NCBI GenBank assembly: GCA_014189685.1
Contig: DVAB01000023.1
Span: 15,346 to 79,345 of the forward strand
Length of the DNA stretch: 64,000 nucleotides
Source: Candidatus Naiadarchaeum limnaeum
GTDB lineage: Archaea > Undinarchaeota > Undinarchaeia > Undinarchaeales > Naiadarchaeaceae
Direction: 5' to 3'
The notes beneath the pieces are model-generated. The model searched no databases, was not told the DNA's origin, and saw only the letters and a list, made by a program, of their open reading frames with translations. Shown piece by piece: positions 27,400-37,222 of the stretch. A program made the translations under genes and the position numbers. The first letter of the stretch is position 1; every line of letters begins with the position of its first letter.

Positions 27400-28369
27400 C
27401 AACTTCTGCAATTTCTCCACTGTATTCAATAATTCTTAATCCACTATCAAGAGCTAGAGCAATATTCAAAGCTGCCTCTCCCTTCAATCTAAGCGCGCTC
27501 TGAGCCATTTCTTTCAGTTCTTCTCTTATCGACTCAGAGTTCTCAATGACAGAGTTCGCCATCACTGGATCGTTTTTAAAGAAGGCGCGCATTGATGTGT
27601 CAAATAGCTCATTAATTCTCAAATTAACTTTTTTAATGTTCTCAACAAGATTTTTTGGGAGCTTTCTCTGATCAACTCTGCTTAAATATTTAGCGATCCC
27701 CTTTGCATGATCTGCTACTCCTTCAAGTTTTTTAGTTGTCGATTGATAAAATAGGCATTCCTTTGCGGAAATATCAATATCAGAAGACGCTCCCGGAGTT
27801 GTTGCAAGATTTAGATAGCGCATTGATAAATAATGCAATCGATTTATTGTCGAATCTCTCTCAATAACAGTTTTTGCAAGAATTTTATCGCGCTGGAACA
27901 AAACATCAACAGCGTCCTTGTGCATATCCTTTGCAAGCAAATACATTCTGCGAATTATTTTATCAATGGGAAGTTCCCCTGGTTTTACAAGGCATTCAAT
28001 CGAAATACGTTTCATCCCTTCCTCAACAACCTCCAAACCAATAAGTGAACTTGATACCCTTGAAATTTCCTCTCGTAGTTTTGGAGAAAGAATTTCCTTG
28101 CCTTCAATATCAATGCGCTCGAACCCTGTAAGATATTTGCTGACAAGTATTCTTTGCAAATAATCAAAATCTATTTTATTGTCAAGCTGTAGGGTTACCG
28201 TTCGCATCTGTGGTGCAGAGTTTTCAGAGCGCAGCAAAAGCCCGCCATTTGAAAAATCATCTATGTAAACATTGTTCCCTGGTTTTAATTTTGTAGAATC
28301 AATCCATTTTTTCGGCAGCGAAACAACACAGCTGCTCTTTCCCATCTTAATTAGCTTTCGGACTTCCAT
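27380..28369 (-). CDS. Phosphate uptake regulator, PhoU family with N-terminal AbrB/SpoVT-type domain
   Basis: KMGKSSCVVSLPKKW swapped-hairpin N-terminus followed by two helical PhoU-like repeats. Confidence 0.55.
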   Translation of the reverse strand: MEVRKLIKMGKSSCVVSLPKKWIDSTKLKPGNNVYIDDFSNGGLLLRSENSAPQMRTVTLQLDNKIDFDYLQRILVSKYLTGFERIDIEGKEILSPKLREEISRVSSSLIGLEVVEEGMKRISIECLVKPGELPIDKIIRRMYLLAKDMHKDAVDVLFQRDKILAKTVIERDSTINRLHYLSMRYLNLATTPGASSDIDISAKECLFYQSTTKKLEGVADHAKGIAKYLSRVDQRKLPKNLVENIKKVNLRINELFDTSMRAFFKNDPVMANSVIENSESIREELKEMAQSALRLKGEAALNIALALDSGLRIIEYSGEIAEVVIDRAA

Positions 28370-28479
28370 TTTCTCGAGCCTCGCGAGAGAAAATAAGCGA
28401 GCTTAATTTACTTCTTCCACTTCGCGCATTTTCCCACTAAATATATACACAAATTCAGAAGTATATATTCCTTGTCTTT

Positions 28480-29271
28480 TTATAGGTCAGATGTTGTTAA
28501 GTATGGAACGTTTAGTTTTTCTAGGACAGAAAGTACTTTATTTCTGGCGTCGCTTTTTATTCCTTTCCAATCGATAACAGCTTTTTTTGCAAAATTTTTT
28601 TCAACTGCCTGCCTTACTGTATTTTCATTCAAAAATTCAGAGGCATATCTAGCTGCGACATGCCCAATGGCGGCTTTTTCATTTTCAATTTGGATTCTAT
28701 TAAAGGAAGCGCAGTAATGTGTCCCTCCAAAAGCTGCATATTTTTCAAATTTTGCGGAAGGCGCTTTTTCGTAAATCTCTTTGATTGCGCGCGCAACTAT
28801 CTCCCCGAGGTCTTTTCTTGACCATTCTTTTTCTGTGCTTCCAATTTCAATAAAAATTAATGGCTTTTCCCAGTTTGTTGGGCCGTGATGAGTGGCTTCC
28901 ATTGTAATATCAAATCCCTCCGGAGCATTTTGTGAAAAATATTGCAGGCCGATTTTTAATGCAGCTGGCCACGTATATGAAAGAGCATTTGGCGCTCCGC
29001 CCAGATCTGCGCTTCCAAAATTACCTGTTGAATGAACAGTTAAAGCAGGTTTTTTTGTTTCGCTTCTGTGTGTTGAAGCGACTATTAAATAATCGGTATC
29101 ATTTACTTCTTGGAACATTTTTTCCAATTCTTTTTGAGTTGTGAACAAAAGAGATTTTGGGGATTGAACTAATAAATTACCTAATCCAATTTCGCGCAGA
29201 TTGTTTGCAATGTTTGTTGCCGCTGGATCATCTCTCCAATAAAGGACTTTTACAGAACTCATTTTATACAA
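28480..29271 (-). CDS. dtdA: D-aminoacyl-tRNA deacylase, archaeal DtdA type
   Basis: ASTHRSETKKPALTVHSTGN, MEATHHGPT, FIEIGSTEKEW, GGTHY and VIDWKG align with archaeal DtdA as I remember it. Confidence 0.75.
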   Translation of the reverse strand: MYKMSSVKVLYWRDDPAATNIANNLREIGLGNLLVQSPKSLLFTTQKELEKMFQEVNDTDYLIVASTHRSETKKPALTVHSTGNFGSADLGGAPNALSYTWPAALKIGLQYFSQNAPEGFDITMEATHHGPTNWEKPLIFIEIGSTEKEWSRKDLGEIVARAIKEIYEKAPSAKFEKYAAFGGTHYCASFNRIQIENEKAAIGHVAARYASEFLNENTVRQAVEKNFAKKAVIDWKGIKSDARNKVLSVLEKLNVPYLTTSDL

Positions 29272-30049
29272 GCCTTTTTACAACTCCATTCTCCAAAATT
29301 AAAGGAAGTGTATAAGGTGATAAGCCATCTAAAATTTCTATATCATCCAAAGTTTTCAGCCCCATTTTTTCAGCCGTTTTTTCTAGTCCAAGCTCAACCT
29401 CATGATCAAGTTTTAAAATATAGCAGTGCATTTTCTCCACACCCTGCCGCAGCGCGCCTAATGCTCTGTGGTGGCCATCAACCAAAACATATCGCTGGCC
29501 GTTTTGGACAACAAGCAGCGGCTCTGCAAGCCCAAGCGTTATTTCATATTCTCTCGCAGAGAGTTCATCTTTGTAGATTTTCCCTTGGGTAGGGATGAGA
29601 TTTCTCAGCAGCAGATTGTCCTCTAAAAAAGTAACTTTAACATTGTGCAAGCTCTCAAGAGTTTTCTTCAGAGTCTCAACTTTCAAAGGAGTAACTCTTT
29701 CAATATGGGCCCGGATAACATCTGAGTTAGTAACTAATCCCAACAAATTTCCTTTATCATCAACAACAGGGAATCGTGAGTGTCCAGATCTGAACATTAA
29801 ACGGGCAATTGCTTCCATATCCATTTCAGGCGGAATTGCAACAACACGGCGTTCCATAACTTCTTCAACTTTTTTATCAAGCGGTTGCAATATTATATCC
29901 TCATATGCAATAATACCAAAAACCTTTCCACCCTCAATAACAGGAAACCCGTCGTGAGCAGTTTCTTTCATTATTTTTATCACTTGCTCAACAGTCATAG
30001 CCTTAGTTACAGTTGTTGGATGCGAATTCATAAATTCATGCGCCTTCAT
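29264..30049 (-). CDS. CBS-pair domain fused to a ParB/sulfiredoxin-like nuclease domain
   Basis: N-terminal CBS repeats (VFGIIAYEDII, LLGLVTNSDVI). C-terminal VLVDGHHRALGA is the ParB/Srx motif. Confidence 0.6.
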   Translation of the reverse strand: MKAHEFMNSHPTTVTKAMTVEQVIKIMKETAHDGFPVIEGGKVFGIIAYEDIILQPLDKKVEEVMERRVVAIPPEMDMEAIARLMFRSGHSRFPVVDDKGNLLGLVTNSDVIRAHIERVTPLKVETLKKTLESLHNVKVTFLEDNLLLRNLIPTQGKIYKDELSAREYEITLGLAEPLLVVQNGQRYVLVDGHHRALGALRQGVEKMHCYILKLDHEVELGLEKTAEKMGLKTLDDIEILDGLSPYTLPLILENGVVKRLV

Positions 30050-30091
30050 AATACAAATAAATGTAACACACTTATTATAAGGTTTATTAAA

Positions 30092-30439
30092 ATGGCCATT
30101 AAGTATTATTCAGCCCCTGACATAAAGCGAAAAATTTCCGAGCTTATTCAGAATAACGGCTTTCATAATGTGAGTGCTGAAAGAATTTACTGTTTCAGAA
30201 GCAAGGGTTCAAGTTCAAGAAGAATTTTGGCGCGCATTTGGAGCTTTCCAAAAATATGGCAGCAGGCTTTGTACATGGAGCCGCGGTATGTGATTGAGGT
30301 TTTGTCTGAAAGATTTGATAAACTAAGTCCTGAAAAACAGGAGGAAGTTTTGATTCACGAACTAAAACATATTCCAAAAAAATTTTCAGGCGGATTGCGA
30401 AAACACGATCATAAAAATCCGAGGTCGATAAGATTATAG
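30092..30439 (+). CDS. Putative zinc metallopeptidase, SprT/DUF45-like HExxH protein
   Basis: LIHELKHIP HExxH motif in about 115 aa. Start set at the ATG at 30092 inside the longer ORF. Confidence 0.4.
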   Translation: MAIKYYSAPDIKRKISELIQNNGFHNVSAERIYCFRSKGSSSRRILARIWSFPKIWQQALYMEPRYVIEVLSERFDKLSPEKQEEVLIHELKHIPKKFSGGLRKHDHKNPRSIRL

Positions 30440-30464
30440 CCTTAACTTATCACGAATACTAACG

Positions 30465-31142
30465 ATGACATTAAATTATTCAGATAAAAATGTTGTAATT
30501 GATGATTTTGTCGGAGGGAAAAAAGGAACTCAATTGATAAAAGAGCTGAGAGCTGTTGGTGCATTAATGTACGTCGATTCAGTTCAACTAACACTTGATG
30601 AAATTAGAAGAAGCATTATAGAACAAATAGTCAATAAGCAATATGGTTTAATGATTTTTATTGAAAGCGGCGGACTGCTAATCCTAGGAACCACAGAGAT
30701 AGTGTCCCATGCTAGGAGAACGGCTGTGCTTCCAGCCAGCAGCCATGTCATAGACTCTTATAAGGAGATAGAAACCTTTCTAAGCTTAGCAAAGCAGATT
30801 ATTAAATCAAGCAAAAGAATTGCGATAGTTGAAGGTGATGTAGGTGAGGCTAGTCACTCTTATAATAGATTGAAGGATTTGAAGAACAGAATTATTGGCC
30901 TTAATAGGAAAGCATCTGTAGAAATTATTGTTGGAGTTGTTGCGCGAAAATTTGCGAATAGAAGACTTTTTAATGTTATAGGAGTTATTGTGAAAAATAT
31001 AGATAAATTATCTGATATTGTTCATGAAATTCGTGATGTCAACTATCGCTCTGCTCCTATGCGAAAGCTTCGGGCTCTCTGGAAGCACAGAAAAAGAAGA
31101 AAACCTACTTCATTTCTTCAATCTGTTTCAGGGCGTCCTTAA
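30465..31142 (+). CDS. Hypothetical protein with a basic C-terminal tail
   Basis: 225 aa with no motif recognised. The C-terminus overlaps the thrS 3' end. Confidence 0.3.
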   Translation: MTLNYSDKNVVIDDFVGGKKGTQLIKELRAVGALMYVDSVQLTLDEIRRSIIEQIVNKQYGLMIFIESGGLLILGTTEIVSHARRTAVLPASSHVIDSYKEIETFLSLAKQIIKSSKRIAIVEGDVGEASHSYNRLKDLKNRIIGLNRKASVEIIVGVVARKFANRRLFNVIGVIVKNIDKLSDIVHEIRDVNYRSAPMRKLRALWKHRKRRKPTSFLQSVSGRP

Positions 31143-32805
31143 CAAATTCCTCGATCTTTACTCCGTACTGAACTTTTCCCTCTTTGTGCGAGCGCACAGC
31201 AATTGTTTTCTTTTCCTCTTCTTTTTCCCCGCAAACTAAAATGTAATTTATTTTTTGTAACTCTGCATTTCTTACCTTGTAATCAATTGTGTTCGGCTCA
31301 AAATCAGAAATAACTTTCAATCCAGCTTCTTCCAATTTTTTTCTAACTCCTTCTGCGTACTTTACATTTTTATCACTCATAGATAAAACAGTAACTTGGG
31401 CAGGAGCAAGCCATAAAGGAAATGCTCCTTTGTAATGCTCAACTAAAATTCCAATAAAACGCTCAATGCTTCCATAAATAACTCTGTGAATAATAACGGG
31501 CATTTTTTGCTTTCCATCTCTATCCACATAGCTTAGATCAAATCTCTGCGGCTGCTGGAAGTCAACTTGGACAGTTGCGCACTGCCAGTTTCTTCCAAGA
31601 GAATCTTTTATGTGAAAATCAATTTTCGGGCCGTAAAATGCGCCCTCGCCTTTATTTACTTTATACTTTAGTTTTAAGTTTTTCAAAGCATCTTCCAACC
31701 CTTTCTCAGCCTTTTTCCACTGCTCATCTGTTCCCATTGATTTTTCAGGCCGAGTGGAAAGTTCAACATAATATTCAAACCCAAATTTTTTGTAGAAATA
31801 GTCCGTTAGCTTTACAACCCTTTCAATTTCTCCCTCAACTTGCTCCTCTGTTGCAAAAATGTGAGCATCATCTTGCGTAAAGCTTCTCAATCTGAACAAT
31901 CCTGCAAGAACTCCACTCAATTCATTTCTGTTTACTAATCCAAGTTCCGCTAATCTCAAAGGCAATTCCCTATAACTTCTGTACGAAGACTTATAAACTA
32001 AAATCGCGCCAGGGCAGTTCATCGGCTTTAATGCAAATTCCCTGTCCTCATCTTTTGTGAAAAACATTAAATCTTTGTAATGCTCCCAATGACCAGAGAC
32101 TTGCCATAAACTTTTATCAAGGATGATTGGAGTGTTAATTTCCTGGTAATCTGCTTTTTTATGCTCTGCGCGCCAAAATTCGATTAACTTATTTCTAATT
32201 ATCATTCCCTTATTATGGAAAAAAACAGTTCCAGGCCCAACTTCCTGAAAACTAAATAGTCCTAATTTCGGCCCCAAAATTCTGTGGTCGTTTTCAGATA
32301 ATTTTTCTTTATCAATTCGCGCTGTTTGTTTTGCAAGTTTCTTTGTAATTGGGTTTTCCTCTTTTCCTGCTGTGATTACTCTACTAAGTTCGCTCAGCGG
32401 ATGGCCCTTACATTTCATCTCAAACATTTTATAATATCCAAAAGGAGCGTGTTCAACTTCGATATCTTCTTTTTTTAATTGTTCCTCAAGCATGTCCATA
32501 ATTTTCAGAGCTGTTTGCGGGCTCGAGGGCTCAGTTCCATACAAAAGGTGCACATACGGATAGAGAAAAACCTTTTTGCAATTAATTTGCTTTAGAACAT
32601 CTTTTAAATCTGCGATAGTTTTTTCAACAATTTCCTTTTCATTGCCTTCATCCGATTTTTCACTTGCAAAACGAACAAACAAACATTCCTCCATCGCACC
32701 TTTTTTTTCTTTTTCAGAAATTTTCTGCGCTAATTTTGTCTCTCGAGTTACCTCATATCGAATGTAATCAACATGCTGGAGCAGAGTTTTCATATTAGCT
32801 TTCAA
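31105..32805 (-). CDS. thrS: Threonyl-tRNA synthetase, archaeal type with N-terminal DTD-like editing domain
   Basis: Class II catalytic motifs (FRLRSFTQDDAHIF, GPKIDFHI, QCATVQVDF) and an anticodon-binding C-terminus. The N-terminal ~140 aa form an archaeal-type editing domain. Confidence 0.85.
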   Translation of the reverse strand: MKANMKTLLQHVDYIRYEVTRETKLAQKISEKEKKGAMEECLFVRFASEKSDEGNEKEIVEKTIADLKDVLKQINCKKVFLYPYVHLLYGTEPSSPQTALKIMDMLEEQLKKEDIEVEHAPFGYYKMFEMKCKGHPLSELSRVITAGKEENPITKKLAKQTARIDKEKLSENDHRILGPKLGLFSFQEVGPGTVFFHNKGMIIRNKLIEFWRAEHKKADYQEINTPIILDKSLWQVSGHWEHYKDLMFFTKDEDREFALKPMNCPGAILVYKSSYRSYRELPLRLAELGLVNRNELSGVLAGLFRLRSFTQDDAHIFATEEQVEGEIERVVKLTDYFYKKFGFEYYVELSTRPEKSMGTDEQWKKAEKGLEDALKNLKLKYKVNKGEGAFYGPKIDFHIKDSLGRNWQCATVQVDFQQPQRFDLSYVDRDGKQKMPVIIHRVIYGSIERFIGILVEHYKGAFPLWLAPAQVTVLSMSDKNVKYAEGVRKKLEEAGLKVISDFEPNTIDYKVRNAELQKINYILVCGEKEEEKKTIAVRSHKEGKVQYGVKIEEFVKDALKQIEEMK

Positions 32806-32880
32806 TAACGTGCTTTAATTTATATTTCTTTGTGATTGTCACAGAATACTTTATAAATAACCAACAAAAATGTCATAACT

Positions 32881-33390
32881 ATGAAACTGCTGATATCACT
32901 TCTGTTGCTTTCTGCGATTCTTATAAGCGGCTGTATCCAGCCTCAGCAAAATGGGACTGCTGGAGCCACTGAACCAGGAAAAGAACTAACTACAACTATT
33001 TCGCCTGCAAGAGATTTAACTGGAATTTGGGAAGGGCCAGCACAGTGGCGCAATAATGTTGGCAATCCTGCTTGTTCTTATGAAGGAAGATTGAGATTAA
33101 ATTTCCAGCAGAATGGCAATAATTTGGCAGGGACAATGCAGGCTACAATAACAAAAAATAATCAGCTAATAGCAGATGTACCCTGCAGCCAGCCAGGAAC
33201 TTTCCCTCCAGCTGCTGGTGTTGGTACAGTGAGCAGCTCCTCTTTCAAATTTATAGTAGGGGTTATAGAATACTCTGGGACTTTTACAAGCGATTTAATG
33301 CAGGGCACCTTTGAGAGCTGCCCCAATCAGGTTTGCAATGATGGCTCTGGTGCTGTAGGCGCTATAGGAAGTTTTAGCTTAATGAGGTAA
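32881..33390 (+). CDS. Secreted/lipoprotein-like hypothetical protein
   Basis: Signal peptide plus lipobox-like LISGC. Cys- and Gly/Asn-rich mature part. Confidence 0.4.
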   Translation: MKLLISLLLLSAILISGCIQPQQNGTAGATEPGKELTTTISPARDLTGIWEGPAQWRNNVGNPACSYEGRLRLNFQQNGNNLAGTMQATITKNNQLIADVPCSQPGTFPPAAGVGTVSSSSFKFIVGVIEYSGTFTSDLMQGTFESCPNQVCNDGSGAVGAIGSFSLMR

Positions 33391-33395
33391 TAAAA

Positions 33396-33842
33396 TTATT
33401 TTCTCTTTACTTTCCCCTCTTCCTCATCCATTTGTATTATTTTAAAGTCCTCAACTATCGTTTCGTGATCAAAAGCAAGCTCAAGATTTTCAATTTCTTT
33501 TAAAGTTTTATAGCCAACATCCTCTGTCTCTGTTGAGCCACTTATCTTGCCTTTTTTTGGCGTTGCAAAGAAAACTAGTGACACCGTGTGGCCGCGCGGA
33601 TCTCTGTCCGAATCTGAATAAACTCCCAAAATTCCTTCAAGCTCAACATCCAAACCAGTTTCCTCTTTCACTTCCCTTACTGCAGCCTTCTCAACGGTTT
33701 CTCCATACTCCACCATTCCGCCTGGCAATGCATACCTTCCCTTAAAGGGCTCTGTTTTTCTCTTTACTAATAGGATTCCCTTTGTTTCATCAGCAATCAG
33801 GACATCAACTGCAAGTTTTGGATATTTTTCAGACATTTTCAA
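33396..33842 (-). CDS. NUDIX hydrolase
   Basis: Nudix box GGMVEYGETVEKAAVREVKEETGL. Confidence 0.75.
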   Translation of the reverse strand: MKMSEKYPKLAVDVLIADETKGILLVKRKTEPFKGRYALPGGMVEYGETVEKAAVREVKEETGLDVELEGILGVYSDSDRDPRGHTVSLVFFATPKKGKISGSTETEDVGYKTLKEIENLELAFDHETIVEDFKIIQMDEEEGKVKRK

Positions 33843-33859
33843 ATCGCCTCATTTATTTC

Positions 33860-34336
33860 TTATTTGAAAATCAAGCGACTTTTAGTCGCGCAGATTTTAA
33901 TCAGCTTCTTCCTTTGGGGCGGGGCCTTGCCATGAATTATATGCCAGATTTTTTCCTTTGGCAATCTAAATTTTAATGCGAGCGAATCCAAATTGTGATC
34001 GCCGCGTGCATATAATTTTTTTATCGCATCTGCAATTTTTGGCGGAACTCCGTGATGCGTGAACTCCCCCTCGATTGCAATATGATAAATTTCGGCATTT
34101 AAATAATCTCTCACTTCTCTTTCAGTCAGATTAAAAGCGTTCCCAGAGAAAATAATTTTATCTAATTCTCTGCATCTTAGAACAATTTCTTTTGCAGCAT
34201 GCATTGCCAATCCACAATCAATTCTTAGAACTTTTGTCTCGGGAGGAATTTTCCAAATATCTTCTCTGTTCTCTATGGTAAACTCTATTAGCTCTTGCAT
34301 AAATAATTTTAAGCACTGGTTATTAATATAGTTCAA
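33860..34336 (-). CDS. Hypothetical protein, paralogous over its N-terminal half to the 34567-34797 gene
   Basis: VLRIDCGLAMHAAKEIVLRCRELDKIIFSGNAFNLTEREVRDYL aligns with VLRIHYPINVQDAVNIMRQCRTLEEVVFERKAFERTDPEAKQYL. Confidence 0.3.
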   Translation of the reverse strand: MNYINNQCLKLFMQELIEFTIENREDIWKIPPETKVLRIDCGLAMHAAKEIVLRCRELDKIIFSGNAFNLTEREVRDYLNAEIYHIAIEGEFTHHGVPPKIADAIKKLYARGDHNLDSLALKFRLPKEKIWHIIHGKAPPQRKKLIKICATKSRLIFK

Positions 34337-34337
34337 C

Positions 34338-34476
34338 CATGGACTTGTTCAAAAAGAAGTGTTCGCGCTGCGAAAAAAGAGGCCAGGCTAGATATATGGA
34401 AAAAGTGGTTTCTACTGAAGGAAAAAAAGAGTGGCGCTGCACCGTGTGCAACTATTTTGAAGACAGAATTTTCTAA
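34338..34476 (+). pseudogene. Small CxxC...CxxC zinc-ribbon gene interrupted by a +1 frameshift (or a sequencing error at the G-run near 34378-34382)
   Basis: Frame A reads MDLFKKKCSRCEKRG then stops. Frame B continues ...MEKVVSTEGKKEWRCTVCNYFEDRIF*. Together they form a 45-aa zinc ribbon. Confidence 0.3.
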
Positions 34477-34566
34477 GCTATTTTCGTTCAACCCAGTGTC
34501 TGTCAATCTCTTCTTTTACAGTTTCAACTACCCAAAACACCAATGGAAATGCCTTCTTTATTCTTT

Positions 34567-34797
34567 TCATTCTGTTTCAACAAAAACCCATTTATCAAGA
34601 TACTGCTTTGCCTCAGGGTCAGTTCGCTCAAAAGCCTTGCGTTCAAAAACAACCTCTTCAAGGGTTCTGCACTGTCTCATTATGTTTACAGCATCCTGAA
34701 CATTAATCGGATAATGAATTCTCAGAACTCTCGCTCTACTTGAGACTTTATTCAATTCTGTCCTATTTTTAATGACAAACTCATCAAACCCTTCCAT
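34567..34797 (-). CDS. Small hypothetical protein, paralog of the N-terminal half of the 33860-34336 gene
   Basis: See the alignment under 33860-34336. Confidence 0.3.
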   Translation of the reverse strand: MEGFDEFVIKNRTELNKVSSRARVLRIHYPINVQDAVNIMRQCRTLEEVVFERKAFERTDPEAKQYLDKWVFVETE

Positions 34798-34843
34798 ATT
34801 TTCAACTACCTCTGCTCACTTCAGCACTGCATCGTGTAGCAAG

Positions 34844-35689
34844 TTACTTTTTCCCTACAACGCTCTCCAAAAGCTGCTCAAGCCTTTCTTTTGGCATATT
34901 TCCGCCAAGTCCGCTTGCTAATTTTTCAGCAACTCTTGTGAGCTCCATCGGGAATATGATTTTTGTTGCTTTTCCATCTGCAACATCTTTCAATGCTTTC
35001 AAGTAAAGATATGCGATTGTTGAATTGCTCAATCCACCTGCAGCTTCCTCAAGTGCGCGGATTCTGATTTTTGTTGATTCTGCTTCCTGAACAGCTGCGT
35101 TCTTATACAACAGCGCAACTTCCTCTGCTTTCATTGCTTCTACAACATCTTCAGGCGGAGTAACTCTTTGCAATTCAATGGTAATTATATCAACTCCCCA
35201 CTCTGCTGTAAGTTTTTGAGTCTCATCTTTTAACTGCTTGTTTATCTCTGTAATTCGTGCATACAAATCCTGCAATTCTAAGTTTCCAACAACGTTTCTT
35301 ATTCTGCTCTTTACATGCTCCTCAACCGCTTTTCTGTAATCCTCTTCAACAACCAACTCAGCTTTTACAGCGTCTTCAACTTTCAAATAAATAACAGCAT
35401 CAATCGTTAACTTTACAGCATCTTTTGTAATAACTTCCTGAGGCGCAACATCTATTGTCTCAACCCTCAAATCATACTTCGCAAAAGTCTCGATTATTGG
35501 GATTATAAAAACCCACCCCGGGCCAACTAATCTATGATACTTTCCAAATCTAAACACAACTCCGCGCTCGTACTGTTTAAACTCAAAAATAATCTTCCCA
35601 AGGACCCAATGCCTTGGGTTCTTAATTAGCAAACCGAGTCCTGCAAATATCAAAATTACTGGAATTGCTACTACAAGGAATAATACCAT
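34844..35689 (-). CDS. SPFH/band-7 (stomatin/prohibitin-like) membrane protein
   Basis: N-terminal TM then an SPFH core (VFRFGKY..., DLRVETIDV, coiled-coil C-terminus). Confidence 0.8.
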   Translation of the reverse strand: MVLFLVVAIPVILIFAGLGLLIKNPRHWVLGKIIFEFKQYERGVVFRFGKYHRLVGPGWVFIIPIIETFAKYDLRVETIDVAPQEVITKDAVKLTIDAVIYLKVEDAVKAELVVEEDYRKAVEEHVKSRIRNVVGNLELQDLYARITEINKQLKDETQKLTAEWGVDIITIELQRVTPPEDVVEAMKAEEVALLYKNAAVQEAESTKIRIRALEEAAGGLSNSTIAYLYLKALKDVADGKATKIIFPMELTRVAEKLASGLGGNMPKERLEQLLESVVGKK

Positions 35690-35747
35690 TACCTCTCCCT
35701 ATGTTACCACTATATAATGGTAAAAAGTAGTATATAAAGATTTTGGG

Positions 35748-36071
35748 CTATAGCGCTTCGCACTCGTGATTCTCAGGAAGCCTGTGCTCCCCACAGAAAA
35801 GTTCAGTACAGAATCTGCACCTAAACGGCAAAGCAACTGCTTTTTTACAATGAATGCACAGTGCTTTTAGAGGGGTTCCTGTTTTGGCTTTTGGAGGCTG
35901 CTGTTCTATTTTCTCCTTTCCACCAAAAGCTTTTGGAAGCGCAACAGGAATCTCAAAATTCTCAGCTTCGCGGCGCTCAGCTGTTTTTGCACTTCTAAAA
36001 AAAGCATGATAAGTAAGAGCCCCTACAGCTGCTCCGATTCCAATCAAAGCTATTATTTGCTCAGCACCCAT
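35748..36071 (-). CDS. Membrane-anchored AN1-type zinc-finger protein
   Basis: N-terminal TM helix then C-x2-C...C-x-C-x2-FC-x-EHR-x5-H-x-C (CIHCKK...FRCRFCTELFCGEHRLPENHEC). Confidence 0.55.
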   Translation of the reverse strand: MGAEQIIALIGIGAAVGALTYHAFFRSAKTAERREAENFEIPVALPKAFGGKEKIEQQPPKAKTGTPLKALCIHCKKAVALPFRCRFCTELFCGEHRLPENHECEAL

Positions 36072-36857
36072 TTACTTGCCTTTTACAAGCTTAGCTAAAC
36101 TACTTCCTATTCCTTTAAATACATTTGTAAGACCAGGCAACAAATTCCCGATGTTTTGCCTTATTTTACCAAAAAGTCCGCTCCCGCCTGCTGGTTTTGA
36201 CCACCTTATCTCAAGCGCGTTAAAAACTGTTTGGTTTAAATTTTGGCAGCTTATCTGGCCGCCGCTTAAAGAACATCCAGATGTTAATGTTTGTACACTT
36301 GCATCCGAGGGAAGTTTAAGCTCATAATTAACTCTCTCAACAGGATAGATTGTCTCAGTTACTCCTCCTGTAACAATTGTAACCTTTGGACTTGATAGCT
36401 GCTTTCCAGGCATGATTGAAAAAGTGCCATTCTCCCCTGCACTAACTAAAGTAAAAGAATCAAATTCTGTTATTATAAAATAAGAGATATCTTCGTCTGT
36501 TAGAAAAATAGGTTTTCTAAATATAACCCCTAGAGTACTTTCTCTTTCCCCTGTTGATGCAGTTGCATAAGCAGGCCCTTCAAGCACTTTCATAGTTCCA
36601 AGATTATCACTTGCTTCAAAATTGCCAACATCAGTTAAAGGTATGTTATACACCATCTTAGTCATCTGTCCAAAGTTTTTAGTTATGTTATGGCAGGAAA
36701 AATACCACGTTGCTTTGCTATGCGTTTTCATGTCAGGGCCAACATCATTTACAACACCAACCGGTCCAAGTGTGCATCTCACTACTTGCGCATTTGCTGG
36801 CTTTGCTAAAAAAATCACCATGCTTAAAATCAGAACAAGAAACAACATTTTTTTCAT
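36072..36857 (-). CDS. Secreted hypothetical protein with signal peptide
   Basis: MKKMLFLVLILSMVIFLAKPANAQ signal peptide. Ser/Thr/Gly-rich mature domain. Confidence 0.4.
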   Translation of the reverse strand: MKKMLFLVLILSMVIFLAKPANAQVVRCTLGPVGVVNDVGPDMKTHSKATWYFSCHNITKNFGQMTKMVYNIPLTDVGNFEASDNLGTMKVLEGPAYATASTGERESTLGVIFRKPIFLTDEDISYFIITEFDSFTLVSAGENGTFSIMPGKQLSSPKVTIVTGGVTETIYPVERVNYELKLPSDASVQTLTSGCSLSGGQISCQNLNQTVFNALEIRWSKPAGGSGLFGKIRQNIGNLLPGLTNVFKGIGSSLAKLVKGK

Positions 36858-37222
36858 ATTTTTTAGCAGGAGTTTAGTGAATCTGCCGATATATAAGCAT
36901 TAGTAAAGTATTTAAAAAGCCAAACTTTATCTGCTCACATGGCAAAAATGCCAATGCGAGCAAGTGAGGAAAAGAAAATAAAGTTTGCTGTCGAGGAAAT
37001 TGTACTGAGTTTTATCGGCGCACTCATACTTTCTTTTGGGGTATTAGTGCTAATGATTTCGCACACACAGGGACTTATTGTTGATTGGCCATCTTTTATT
37101 CTAGTGATTTTCATAGTGTGGCTTGGATTGCTATTGTTCACAGTTCCAATAGTGCGCAAGATTGAACAGTTAATGTAATTTTCCCACTTAATAAATAGCA
37201 GAATTTTCAGCGATTTTCTTAG

